Translations under genes and position numbers: made by a program
In this document: positions 29,201 to 41,784 of the stretch, one piece after another
How positions within the stretch are numbered: the stretch's first letter is position 1
Layout of the letters: each line of letters begins with the position of its first letter
Assembly (NCBI GenBank): GCA_021613535.1
Contig: CP075494.1
Span: 6,262,001-6,326,000, forward strand
Source of the DNA: Adineta vaga
Taxonomy: Eukaryota; Animalia; Rotifera
Length of the DNA stretch: 64,000 nucleotides
Direction: 5' to 3'
The notes under the pieces: generated by a model
Told to the model about the DNA's origin: nothing
Seen by the model: the letters and a program-made list of their open reading frames with translations, nothing else
Databases searched by the model: none

Positions 29201-29527
29201 ATCTATCTTTTCGTTTTTGCGCATAAAATATAAAGCATAGCTTCTACCATTAAATAGTAAAGAACAAAAAAAAATTGTGGAATCAAATTACCAATGAGAC
29301 AACGAGAGGAGATGGTGCTTACTTACTTACTTACTTACTCGTTTATACTCTCAAATGATAGAGTATGTGTGGTGTGTTTCACATTCTCGAGCGCGTGTGA
29401 TAAGAATACATAAACAGTCTAAATTAAAGTCGAGCGCAAGACAAGCATAAACAGTCGATTTTTTTCAACAAGGAATCGATAAAAATCATTTGATTCCTTT
29501 CTAGAATAGAAATATCCATCTATTTAT

Positions 29528-30955
29528 ATGACACTACCGAGCAATTCCGAAAAATCTCGGATATCAGAAGGTATTGTTTTTGAAATTTCATGTGTTCTTT
29601 TTTACAATTCTTTTTCTTCTTCTTCTTTTAGCTTCTTGTACATCACCCTCGAATGAATATGTCAATCCATTTTATTCCAACATTTTCTCTCATCTCACAT
29701 CTCAACAGCAACAACAACAATTACTTCTTACTCAACTTTTACTTTCCGGTAATTTATTATTTGTATCTTATCAAAATGTAATTTTAATGATTTATAGGAG
29801 TCACTTCTCCCCCATTAAATCCATTGGCAAATGCGTTACAATATCTTCTACATAATAGTGCACTTTATCTTCAACAGCAACAAAATTTTTGTAAATTTCT
29901 CGTCCGATAGAATAAGATTTCTATTTTTCTATCGTATAATTTTAGCGTCGTGTCCAATTCCACCATTGATTGATAGTCATAAACCAAAAGAATCATGTTT
30001 ACCTGTAAATTTGAAACATAAAAATACTTCGATTGATTGCAGGTTACTACGCATTACCTTTCGTTCGTTAATTTTTATGTCTTCGTTTTTGTAGTTTATC
30101 TGAAACAAATGGAAAATCAATACCAGATGATGATGATAATTCACCGACGATTGCTACAACACTCGCGACATTACCTTCAAATCCTAGTAATAATTATTTA
30201 ACCTACAAATTCATTCGTTGATCTAGAGTTCTTTTCCGTATAGATGAATCAACTACCATTGATGGTATTAATCTAGATGAAATCAAACAATTTGCTAAAG
30301 CATTCAAATTACGACGATTAGCATTGGGTTTGACTCAAACTCAAGTTGGTCAAGCTTTAAGTGTAACTCGTGGACCAGCTTATAGTCAATCCGCAATCTG
30401 TCGTTTTGAGAAACTTGACATAACACCAAAAAGTGCTTCCAAAATCAAACCAGTTCTGGAGAAATGGATGCGAGAAGCCGAATTAAAATATGCAGATAGG
30501 TACACACATCCATCGAACAACTATTTCATTCTCTCAAGTTTGTTTGTTTTTCTTTTTTATATAGATTAAAAAATGGACCAACAAATCTTCAAGATCTTGT
30601 TGCTGATCTCAATACGAAGAAACGTAAAAGACGAACATCATTTACACCTCAAGCATTGGAAAAATTAAATGATGCATTTGAATTAAATACACATCCATCA
30701 GGTATCGATATGTCATCACTTGCTCAAGAATTAAATTATGATCGAGAAGTAATACGTGTTTGGTAGGATTTTATCTTATTTTCTGAGAAAAATAATCAAT
30801 TCATTTTTATTTCATTCATTAGGTTTTGTAATAAACGGCAAGCATTGAAAAATTCCGTTAAAAAATTCAAATCAAATCAGATAAATGACGATAATGACTC
30901 GACATCTAGTTTCCTATTGGAGAATCGTTCAAATCCTGAACAAGATGAAATTTGA
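29528..30955 (+). CDS. POU6: POU class VI homeodomain transcription factor (POU6F/pdm3-like)
   Basis: POU domain GINLDEIKQFAKAFKLRRLALGLTQTQVGQALS...YSQSAICRFEKLDITPKSA; homeodomain KKRKRRTSFTPQALE...YDREVIRVW/FCNKRQALKN. Confidence 0.93.
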
Positions 30956-30959
30956 TCTT

Positions 30960-30986
30960 GATATATATATATATATATATATATAT
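30960..30986. repeat. (TA)n microsatellite in the POU6 3' UTR
   Basis: Perfect AT dinucleotide run. Confidence 0.9.
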
Positions 30987-31457
30987 CTTCCGAAACAGAG
31001 AATAAAAGCAATCAAATGAAACGTTCTTCCATATTTATCATTGACTTTACTGATAATAAAAAAAATCAACATGCGGTTTTTTCTTTTCTTCATTTTCTAA
31101 TAAAATGCACAAGATATCGAATAAGTGTCTTTCTTTATTGTACATAGTTTTCAACAAGAAATTCTATTTTGTATTCGAAGAATTATTAAACATTATGAAC
31201 TAAAAATAGATGAATATAGTTATAATCAAATGATGTTATCAGTTGCTTTTTTTGTTTGTTTGTTATCTGTGTGTTAGTTGTTGTCTTTGAATCATTAAAT
31301 GACAAAGCAACATTACTCAGATGAGTTGTGTGGTGAAATAGAAAAAATTTATGCTTGTGGTAACACGTCAGAAATGACACATTTTATCTTATGTTATGAA
31401 ATAAAAAGAAATTCATACGATGAGTTCATGAAAATTCGTTGATAAGAATCGTATTTT

Positions 31458-32579
31458 TCATAATCTTTCATTGTTTTTTGCATTTGAATGAATTAAATCG
31501 ACAGTTTTCATATATGACGATGTCAGATGACAGTATTCTGATGGGGCTGATGGAGTATTTCCAAAATCTGAACAGGAAGTTGATGATAATTCTAATGATT
31601 CTTGACTAAGTACAATGTATTGTTTCACTCCATGTCGAAATGAGCATTTGCCATGAATTGTAAAGGCAATCGATGGAAGATTTTCATTGATAATCTCAAA
31701 ATGATTTAATCGATGATGAGTTTTTCGCACTTTTGATATTATATCCACAATATCCCCGACGATAAATTTCAAACAAATATTTGGTGATTGATGTGTTGCA
31801 ATACTTGCAATGATTCGACCAGAAATTCGAATTGATGTAGAAAAACTACTCGAAAATTCTTCTTCATCAACATTTAAATTTGCTAGAAGACGAGTACGAG
31901 ACGGTACACGTAATTGACTATTGACATTCCAAGGTATATCATCTTCTTTTATCCTAAATCGTAAAATTTTACTTGTAGAAAATCGATGAATAGAAATTGA
32001 CACTTACATATCTTTTCCAAATGAGATCACTTGTTCACATTGTATACTATTTTGTAATGAAATCATTTGTTTTGGCAATTGAAGTGTAATAGTTGATTCT
32101 TGTGACATAGATAAACTTTGTGTAAAAAGAATTTTTAATGTTGAACATGTTGTTCGATTAGTAGTTAAATTATAAGATTGTTCAATGGATGTGTTATTAT
32201 CAAAATTGGTTTGGAATAATGTACGAGGAAAACATGAAGATGTGGAATTATAAAAATACACATCATTTTGAGTAAAAGATACGTTTTTCCAATTGACTTT
32301 GATGAGAAGATCTTCACGTCTAAATTAATGGAAGAACAAAGTTTGAATTATTAGATTGAGTAGATGTTGAATACTTATATCGAGATAATAATTTGGTTTT
32401 ACTATATGTTTGCCAAATCCATTGTTCAACAAGTTCATCTAGATCAATAATACCACACTGATCTTCTTCTTCGATGAATTCAGTATTCTGTTGAGTTTTA
32501 TTCTTAATTAGAGAAAAAGAATTGTATGAGAAATTTCATCAAAAAATAAAATCTTCGATTCTACTTGAGAATTGCCCAT
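31458..32579 (-). CDS. LIN-24-like aerolysin/ETX-MTX2-type beta pore-forming protein (4 exons)
   Basis: LFQTNFDNNTSIEQSYNLTTNRTTCST, WNVNSQLRVPSRTRLLANLNVDEEEF, GDIVDII and GKCSFRHGVKQYI match the recalled LIN-24-like module; N-terminus MGNSQ/NKT. Confidence 0.72.
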
Positions 32580-33043
32580 TGAAACTGTCGTTAACTGATA
32601 TATTAAAGAAGGAAATAAAAGATGCTCTCGATTATATATTACAAAAATTGAAAGGTTGATCCTTTCTTTTCCAAGGTCATTGTCGATATATAAACAAAAA
32701 TCGAATATCGATTTAGATTTTTTATCATTGGTAAATAGCATCATAGTTATAAATGTCAGATATAATTTTTCACCAAAAGAACAAGTATATGTAATCAATG
32801 AATGTATGAGATTAGTTCTTTGATTATGAAAATGAAAGATGAACTCACATTTTCTCATTTTACTATGATTGCAAGCATAAAAATATGTTATATTTCGTTC
32901 AATAGTCACAAAAAGAAGACAACAAATTACAAACAAAAGAAGATCAAAACATATAAGGCACATGATGTTGACTAGCGTAAGCATGCAGTAGAACATTAAT
33001 TAATTGAGAATGATACGAAAAATTGAGATGAATAAAAACGAGT

Positions 33044-34393
33044 TTATGACCAGATGAATTTAATGACATGAGCTACATTTTGACATTCTCGTGGTGCAAG
33101 AATACCACCGGCTGTATATAAACCACTAAGTGTACAACTTTGACAACGAACACTAAATCGACATGTAACACGTTCAACAGAAGCTTTAAAACCATCATGA
33201 ACTAATTCATCCACAACAAAACTAAATCAAATAATCATTATGATTTAGATACAGAGAAGAAATTCTTCTTACGCAACGAGCTTATCCATGTCAATATGTA
33301 TATCTGATTGTGTCGGTTTAAGTTGCTGTTGAATTTCTAAATCAGCTGTTATTCCATCAAAAGCACATGCTAAAAAAAGCAAATCAATATGTTATACAGA
33401 AGAATATTCTCTTGCGCATATGTACCGTGATTTACTGTGACGAATTCTCGACTACAATTGTAACAAGGTATTGTTCCTTTTAATTTGGAATGATCCAATT
33501 GAGTAATAACAACACGTGATTCATGGAATGAAGAACGTTTCTCAGCAGAACGATTGATAATATCTATTTTCATATGTTCATAATCAGGTATAAGATGACG
33601 AAAACATTCTCGACGACGTAATGAAATAACACGTGGACTTGAACTTTCTAATTTAGCAATCAATGGATTAATACAAAATAGTTCAGCTTCACGAAGAACA
33701 TCTAATGCTACAGATTCAGGAGGCATTTGATCACAACGAATAAAATTTAAAATATGTCTAAAAAAATGGAGAAAAGACTTTAGTGAATTCATTTTCCATA
33801 CTATCACAATGCGTTTCTAACACAATCGTGATATTAAACAGAACTATCGGTATTTTTCTCTCAAATCCAACAAATGATTATTTCTATGACGTATGCAATC
33901 AATCACTTGATTAAGTTCGTAAGAGAAAAGTTCTTACCCGAAATGTGTTCCATCTCGATCAATAAAAAAATGTCCATCTTTATCTTTGACAAGATCATAT
34001 CGTCCACTGAACATAACTGCTAGCATTGAATCTTCATATTTTCGTAATGTAGATAAACTTGTCGTATAGCGACAACCTCCGACATTGAGATCAATTACAT
34101 TTGAAAACTAAAAAGAAAACCCTCAATAGTTTCATTCTGTTTATTTCTTAAAGAGACAAGATCTAACTTACTACAATATTTTCTTGAGTTTTCGGTAAAC
34201 TAATAAGTTCTATTGGTGGTGTTTGATGACGCTGTGTTTGAAGATGTGAATTTGGTTCATCACTTAATGTTGTTTTTAACTGAACTTGAGTTAATTTTGT
34301 TTGAATTTTCTCTGTTGTTACTTCGTTTCCATCATTCACTCTTTCGGGTGTTGATGTTCGAATCATAAACGTTTCATTCAATTCATCAGTCAT
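33044..34393 (-). CDS. BTB/POZ (T1) domain protein, KCTD7/KCTD14-like
   Basis: VIDLNVGGCRYTTSLSTLRKYEDSMLAVMFSGR...FFIDRDGTHFG/HILNFIR; C-terminal IKFIWS-stop. Confidence 0.88.
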
Positions 34394-34548
34394 TGTACAT
34401 CTAAAAAAAATGCCTTACTTTTATGCAATTTATCGATCTAAGTTATTGTTGTTGCTGTTTTTATTTTCAATAGACATGAAAACGAACAGCGGATGAGAAA
34501 ATATCAGGGATGGATACTAAGTTAGAAAATAAGCTAAAAAAATCTCGA

Positions 34549-35016
34549 TCACATAAAATATTTGTAAGGAGCTGGGATGCCTTCACTACGACCTGGTCGA
34601 TAACCAATAATACTACCACGACCGATACATTCGCCGATATAAAACCAAAACATCACTTCAAGACCGACAAGTGTGTTCAATCCGAATTGCTATATGTAGG
34701 AGAAAGAAAAAAAACGGAAAATTTCCAATTTAAGAATCAGAATGTGTTTACTTTAACAGTTAAATTACGCCAACCACCGGTTGCAGCTGATTTGAGAATT
34801 TGTTGTACACCTTGTTGAACTTGACCAAATTCACTAGGCATTGGTGGTCGTAATTCGACTCGTGCAAAATACCAGAAACGAGACAATTTTGATTGACCAT
34901 ATCGTGCTACAGCTGTTAATTAATAACAATTATTTTCTTTAAAATATAAGGAAATCAAACTTACGTTGAGCAAGTTTAGGAACAAGAGCAGTGACTCGAT
35001 TAACAATGGCAGCCAT
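34549..35016 (-). CDS. ATP5MG: Mitochondrial ATP synthase subunit g (3 exons; missed by the ORF track)
   Basis: FWYFARVELRPP, GGWRNLTVK, LNTLVGLEVMFWFYIGECIGRGSIIGY. Confidence 0.93.
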
Positions 35017-35510
35017 TTTCTAGTCAACCGGATGTTTTACGATTCAGCAAAAAAAAACAATAAATCGGAGAATATGTTAGTTGTTGCTTCTTCTTTTCTA
35101 TAGAGAAAAATCTAAGTTAATAGACTTTCCATTGGTTATGTGTATTTGCCTTTCTGTTACCAAGATTAAATTAGATGTCGCTAATCAATTAGGAAAGAAA
35201 AGTTACCAGATTTACATAGGATTTTGATTTTGATTTTGATTTTAACGTATGATACGAATTAATCGTTTAGTAACTGACAAAATAAAAGACATGTGTAAAA
35301 TCTGTTGATATTCCTTCATATGTTGTCATGTTGATATCTGGTGATTTTTATTCTTTCAACATTTTCTTATCTATGACGTATTGCGCAAGAATGCAATAAT
35401 TGCTAATAATGATCGGGTGAAAAAGAGATTTACGTGTATAGGTATATATATATATATAGATAGATAGATACACAGTACATTCTGTAACGTTGTCAATATC
35501 ATAGAAAGAA

Positions 35511-36755
35511 ATGTACACTTCAACTGCAAAGAATACTTCACAGGTTGATGTGGATTATCAAGTGATCACTCCTCGATTTTCAGTTCAGAATATTGAAGAA
35601 CTACAGCAAGGTATCGAACATTTGAATGCACGTGGTTATGCCATCTTTAGTGATATTCTTACAACTGAAGAAATCAGCAATAGTGTAGATTTGTTATGGA
35701 AACATTTAGAAAATCTACCAAAACCATGTGATATTCGTCGAGCGAATCCCGAAACATGGGATAAAAATTGGTAAGTCATATTGAAAGAATAAAAATTATG
35801 ATTGAAAAGACAAAAATCCTAGGCCTGGAATAACGGATATTGGTCTGTTAAATGATTATGGTATTGGTCAATCAGAATTCATGTGGTATATACGTGCAAA
35901 TCCTAATGTGAAGAAAGTTTTTTCTCAAATTTGGAATTCAGATGAATTATTCGTATCCTTCGATGGTGTTGGATGTTATCGCAATTGGTTTTTGAATAAA
36001 AATTGGAAAACTAGAAATGGTTGGTATCACTGTGATCAAGTATGAATATTATTCAACATGTTTAGTGATTAATAAAAACGATCTTGTTTTTGTAGAATCC
36101 ATTTCGAAAACCTGAACGATGTTCCGTCCAAGGTTTTGTTGCTTTAACTGATAATGATGAATCAACTGGTGGCCTTGTTATTGTACCTGGTTCACATGAA
36201 CGTTTCGTTGATTTACAATTTCTTGTTGATGAAGAACGTTTATGGGGTGATTTCGTTCCTATTCCATCGGAATTAACCGAAACAATACATCCATGTTTAG
36301 TGAAATGTAAAGCAGGAGATTTAGTTGTTTGGGATTCACGATGTATTCATTGTAATACACCAAGTCTTATTGAACAACATGATGAAAACTTATGTTTAGA
36401 AACACAATTCTTACGTATTGTTGCTTATATATGTATGAGTCCATTGAAATTATTCGAACCTGATGGAGTTCGCTATGAAAGTTTAGAAGAATTTCGTGAA
36501 TCACGAGAAGATTTTGTTCGAGATAGAGTTACATGTACTCATTGGCCATTGGAATTAGTTACAGCAAGTACGTATTTACAAAGAATTATCATTATAAAGT
36601 TTAGACAAAGATAAAACGTTTTTCTTCTTCTTCTTCTAATAGATCGACCATCACATGTGAAAAAAACTCCATTGAAGCTCAATGTTTATCAACATTCACT
36701 TATTGTTGGCAGTCATACTAAACCTGAAGATGGAACTGCAGAAATCATTTATTAA
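35511..36755 (+). CDS. Phytanoyl-CoA dioxygenase-like (PhyH) 2OG-Fe(II) oxygenase, 4 exons
   Basis: ELFVSFDG; WYHCDQ (HxD); VQGFVALTD...GGLVIVPGSH; KAGDLVVWDSRCIHCN (distal His). Confidence 0.88.
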
Positions 36756-36989
36756 TCTAAACTTTTGTTTTTATCATACAATGAAATTAAAGAATGATTT
36801 TATACGTGATAGAATTCACTACTTTTGAAGTAGAAAGTTTATTAGATTCATACTGTTTATATTCTGATTGAATTAGTATTGTTGTTTTGTACGAATATGG
36901 ATAAGATGCTATTTAATTTCGTTGAAGAAGCTATTAAGAATATATTTGAAACAAGAAGAAGTTCACCGGTCGTGTATTTACATAGATAA

Positions 36990-38597
36990 TTATGGTGATT
37001 TTTCACTTGTCTCTATGATTGTTTCAGCTGCTTTCTCATCACTGATTGGAACATATACTTCTACTTGTGTCGTTTCACTTTCACTTGTACTTTGTGTAGA
37101 ATACTTCGGACAATTTCTAAAACTTCGTCGAATAGATTGAGTACGTTGATTCGAACAACGTTGAATTGGTGGTGTTGAATATTTATATCCATGTTGTGTC
37201 GAAATATTTTCTAATATATACAGTTCATAATCATTCTTACTCAATTGATTTGGTAAAATTGAAAGCGTATTTGCATGTGGTCGAGCTGCTTGTTGAAGTT
37301 GAGGATGTGTATGTTTTAGTTTAGATTTCATTTTAGTTCTTATTGGTGATAATACACCATGAACATCATTTTCTGACTGAGTTTGTTCTTTTCGTTTATA
37401 CATCATAATATTTTCTTGACTTTCACGATGTAATGCCAATAAACTTCGACGAACAGTGGCAGGAATCAATCGAGGATCAAGTAATTGTTCATCGGGATTT
37501 TCTACATTAGTTTGTGTCATTTGTGGAACGGGTAGAGATATATTTCCATCAGAGAAACGATTGGATCGTAGACCAGCTGTTGGAACACATAAATGTTGAG
37601 TTGAACAACTTGTATCATACATTTGAGAAGCATTCCAAGATGAATGTAAACTATTTGGAATATATATATGTGGAATAGTAAGAGCTGTTGAATGACGTGT
37701 CATTTCTATAAAAAGAAGATAGAGATAATTACTAAATACAACTTAATAATTGAAGAATAAGATAAGAATATTGGTTTTCTTTTCGAAGATCATAATGAAT
37801 AGGTGATTATCTTTAGAAAAATATGAATAATTAACTTCCAGTTTTGAATAGAAATAGACTAGATGGGACAAATTTCTTCTTTACCTGATGGATGACTAGT
37901 TGATGCATTTCCATTGTATTGATATGATTCTCGGATAGTATTTGAATTCGATATTACATCTTCTTCAGCAGTTTCTTCATGTGTTGTTAAGGAAATATTA
38001 ATTGCTGAATGAAATCCTTTTGTTGTTGTTGAAAGAGGAATGGATGATAAAAGATCATCTCGACCAATAACCAAAGCTGAAACTGTTGATGGAATAGTTT
38101 TCATCGAATTTTTCGGTAAATATTGATGAACATAATGCATAGTTTTTAATTCTTCGGAAGTTATATTTGTATCAAGAAGAGTTGAATAACGTTTTTTCTT
38201 ATAGATTATAGAATCTTGTTCACGTTCAACAATTTTGATATCACCGATATTAACTGGATCTTTACGATCAACACAATAATGTACTTGAGTTTCTAGACGA
38301 CGAAGTGATTTATATTGATTAAGACAAAATCCAATTGCTGACAACCATACGGCCAAAACGAAGAGAATAAGTATTACTTCACTTAACATTATATCTGGAC
38401 CTGAACTAACGACGACTGTCGATGACACTGAAGTTTGATGTATGAGAAATTCAATCAAATGAACAAAATGAGAACTTACTCGGATTGGCAATGTCACCAA
38501 AACATCGACATATACTTGAATTTTCTGCTAGATTAGGTCGACTTCGTGTTAAATTTCCTAAAACTTGACATAGTTTTGCAATTGTCAATTGATTCAT
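36990..38597 (-). CDS. Single-pass membrane protein with FNDC4/5-like TM segment and long disordered cytoplasmic tail
   Basis: EVILILFVLAVWLSAIGFCLNQYKSLR TM; spliceable exons from the ATG at 38597 through ORFs 37859-38500 and 36990-37703. Confidence 0.6.
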
Positions 38598-39852
38598 ATC
38601 AATTGATTCTTCAATGAAAACAAAAAGTTCTTTCGTCAGTTGTTTTTTCTCTATATTTTAGATTTTATTAACACATTCTGTCAATGAATTTCTCTCTCTC
38701 TCTCGCTATTCTTTTTTTTTTTCTATATATAGAATCAAACTTCTCATACAAGAAACTTCAAGCAGAAATCAACAGAAAGAAAAGAGCAGAATATTTTGTT
38801 TTTCATTAAGCTTTTATACAAACTTACATCCGTTCTTTCTAATATATCTCGCCATAAAGATTAAGCTAATAACTAAGTATATTCTTGTCTTTTCTTTTTC
38901 TTTATGATCGACATCTAAAATAGATATAAAAATAAATTGTAATGAAATTTTCTACTGTGACAAAAAATAAACAGGTTGACATTCATAAGATTTAACATTT
39001 CTTGAGAGACATTCAAATTTAATCATATTAATTGACAATAACATTAGAAATCTTCAAGAATTATTTCAATCTATCATATGATTCCATTTTGTTTTACAGA
39101 AAGAAATGTATGAAGTATTCACTTAACAAGAAGAAAGAATTTCTCATCTATAGAATAACAAAAAAAGAAGAGAAATAATCAACTCTTTTACCTTCATTTT
39201 CTTTTCAAGTGTATATTACGGTTATTATCATTCAAATGCATTTTTTTTGTTCTTCTATTACTGTGTGTCTATGTGGATAGAAAAGAAATATCTTTTGTCA
39301 TACGAACTTAATAGTATGGCATCTGGTTGTTAGTTATTTATGAGACATAGCAAAGTTTGTAGTTTTACAATAAAAATGATCAATAAAAGAAGAGAAAGAA
39401 AAACGAACTTGGTCTAATTTTCTATCGGATCAAATGGCTAATAAAAAGAGGGAAAGAACATCGATTATAAGAAATGATGTAATCATAAGTTTGGTAAGTA
39501 AATAGAATAATTGAATTAACTGGAAAAAGAATGAGTCAATCGTAATTCTTTCAGTCATTAATAATTTGCAAATACTTAATGAAACATCCGAGAACAAGAA
39601 CAAAGACTTTCATTAATATAAGTTTTTTTAATAATAGAGTGTACACAAACATTGATTCTCACGTGTTTATCTTTTTCTTTTTGATTCAAAAATTCTAATA
39701 GCAAATGCATATTTTCTATCATCTTGTAATCATCGGAATTTGTTTGTATGTATGCTACTTAGCGAATCAATCATCGAATTTATTCTAGGAATTTGTTATT
39801 GCACACATACAAAAAGAAAAATTTCATCAAACATAATTTTTAATATTCAATA

Positions 39853-41784
39853 TCATAAACGACGTCGACGAATGAATTCAATGACAGTTTCTGTTCGTTG
39901 TTGATATGGATCTTCATCTGTCGATTTTCGTTCGGATCTTATCATTGTTTCTCTAGAATGTCATATAAATACAATCTTTTCGTGATAAGTATTGTTTAGT
40001 TTTTATTAATAAATTACACGCGCACATACATTATAATTGGTAAAAGAGTAGAGAAACACGATGAAATGTAGTAGTAGTAGATTCATTAGTAAAAGTGCAT
40101 CTTACCCATTGATATCTATATTATGATTTACTTTAACATGTTTTTCTAGATACGGTGCTTCAATAATTAATTTTCCATCAAGATAATTCGATTGTAAACG
40201 TTCGATATCTGTTTGAGGTGGTAAACTTGTTGATTGAAAGAATGATGTACGAGATTTTCGTGTATCCGTTTCGATTTTTCGTTCGGCTTTAACAATTAAT
40301 TCTTGATCTTTAATTGATACTTGAATATCTTCAGGTTGATAATCAGTTAGATCTAGAGACATCAATAGTTTCTTTTCACTATTATTCTCTGTAGATGGTC
40401 CAGGCAGAATTTGTGGACGAAAAGCAGATCGATGAAATACATCAAAGTCAAATGGTTTGTTTTTTCCGATCGATGAATCATTTTTTGATGTTATTGTAAC
40501 TGGTGTTTTTGATGGATCAGTAAATCTAGTATTGATTCCATTTGAATTAATGGGTAAATTATGATGTAGATCTGATCGTGAATGAATTGTTCGTCCATCA
40601 TTGGATAAATTCATATCACCATAGGAAAATGTTGATGATTGAATTGATGGAATAAATGATGAGTCAATTTTCTTTTCATTTGTTATTGAATGTAAATAAG
40701 GCATTTCAATAGTTAATTCTCGTGCTTTTCGATTGTATGAATAAGAATATTTATTTATATCGATATGTTTAGGAATGGGAAAGATTTTATGTAATTCTCT
40801 ACGAATAAAACCACCAAAATTATCTTCTTCAATATGTTTTCCATCAATAACTAATTGATATCGAGAAAAATAAGGTGTAATCGTAAATTCTTTTTCTTCG
40901 AAATCATCAGTGGTTAATTGAATGACATATTTATTGCCTTGATCACTAATTCGTTGATCATAAGAATGTGTTACAGGTCCTGTATAACTATCCGAACCTG
41001 TTGTAGGATATTTTGATGATGACATTGTTGAATTAATGTTCCAAGGATCAGTTGAATATCTTGATGATGATGATGATGATCGATCCAATCTATTGTTTGA
41101 TATTTTTGAAACGTATTTGTTTTCGTTATTTTTGTTCGAAGATGATAATGTAAATAATGGTTCGGTTGTTTTAGGTTGATGAAGAGAAAGCGACGAAAGA
41201 TGAAATGAATTCTCGTTTTTCTTATTAACTAAAATACTTTCGTTGATTAAACTTGCCGATGATAATGATGACGATAGAAATGGATTATTTCGATCGAATT
41301 GATAGTTATCGACTGAGTGTGGTTTTGTTGATGATTGGTAAAGATGATTTTTATTATCAGTAGTCGTTGGTTGACAATAGGAATGTCGTGATTCGTAATA
41401 ATGATTGGATGGAACTTTTTGTTGTTCTTTAACAAATGATGAAGAACATGGATCGTGACAAAGACGAGATGCCTTATTTTGAGTACTTGGAAAGAGAAAT
41501 AACGATGATGTAGATAAAAAATCTCTTGTTTTTCGTCCTTGATAGAATTGTCGGTCGGCTAGTGGGTTGGAACTTGAGAGAAATTCTTTTGCATTTCGAT
41601 CTTGTAAACTTTCACTGGGCGTATCAATCGAACCATAGATTCCTGGTTTCTTTGATGATTTCGATGAAAGAAAATAATCATTTGATAATAATGATGTTGA
41701 CGGTAGTTTATTATAAATATAATGTCGATTACGATGCGAACCAATATATGGTCGTGGTACGGATGATGACTGTAATAAATACAA
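39853..41784 (-). CDS. Small heat-shock protein with two alpha-crystallin domains (p40-like); true start unresolved; last exon 39952-39853
   Basis: LDLTDYQPEDIQVSIKDQELIVKAE...FFQSTSLPPQTDIERLQSNYLDGKLIIEAP; second degenerate ACD YVIQLTTDDFEEKEF...ELTIEMP. Confidence 0.85.

Noticed and set aside
26300-29500. Many short ORFs between the C2 gene and POU6
   Set aside because: Low-complexity F/L/K/R translations of poly-Y/R tracts with no motifs; probably regulatory DNA
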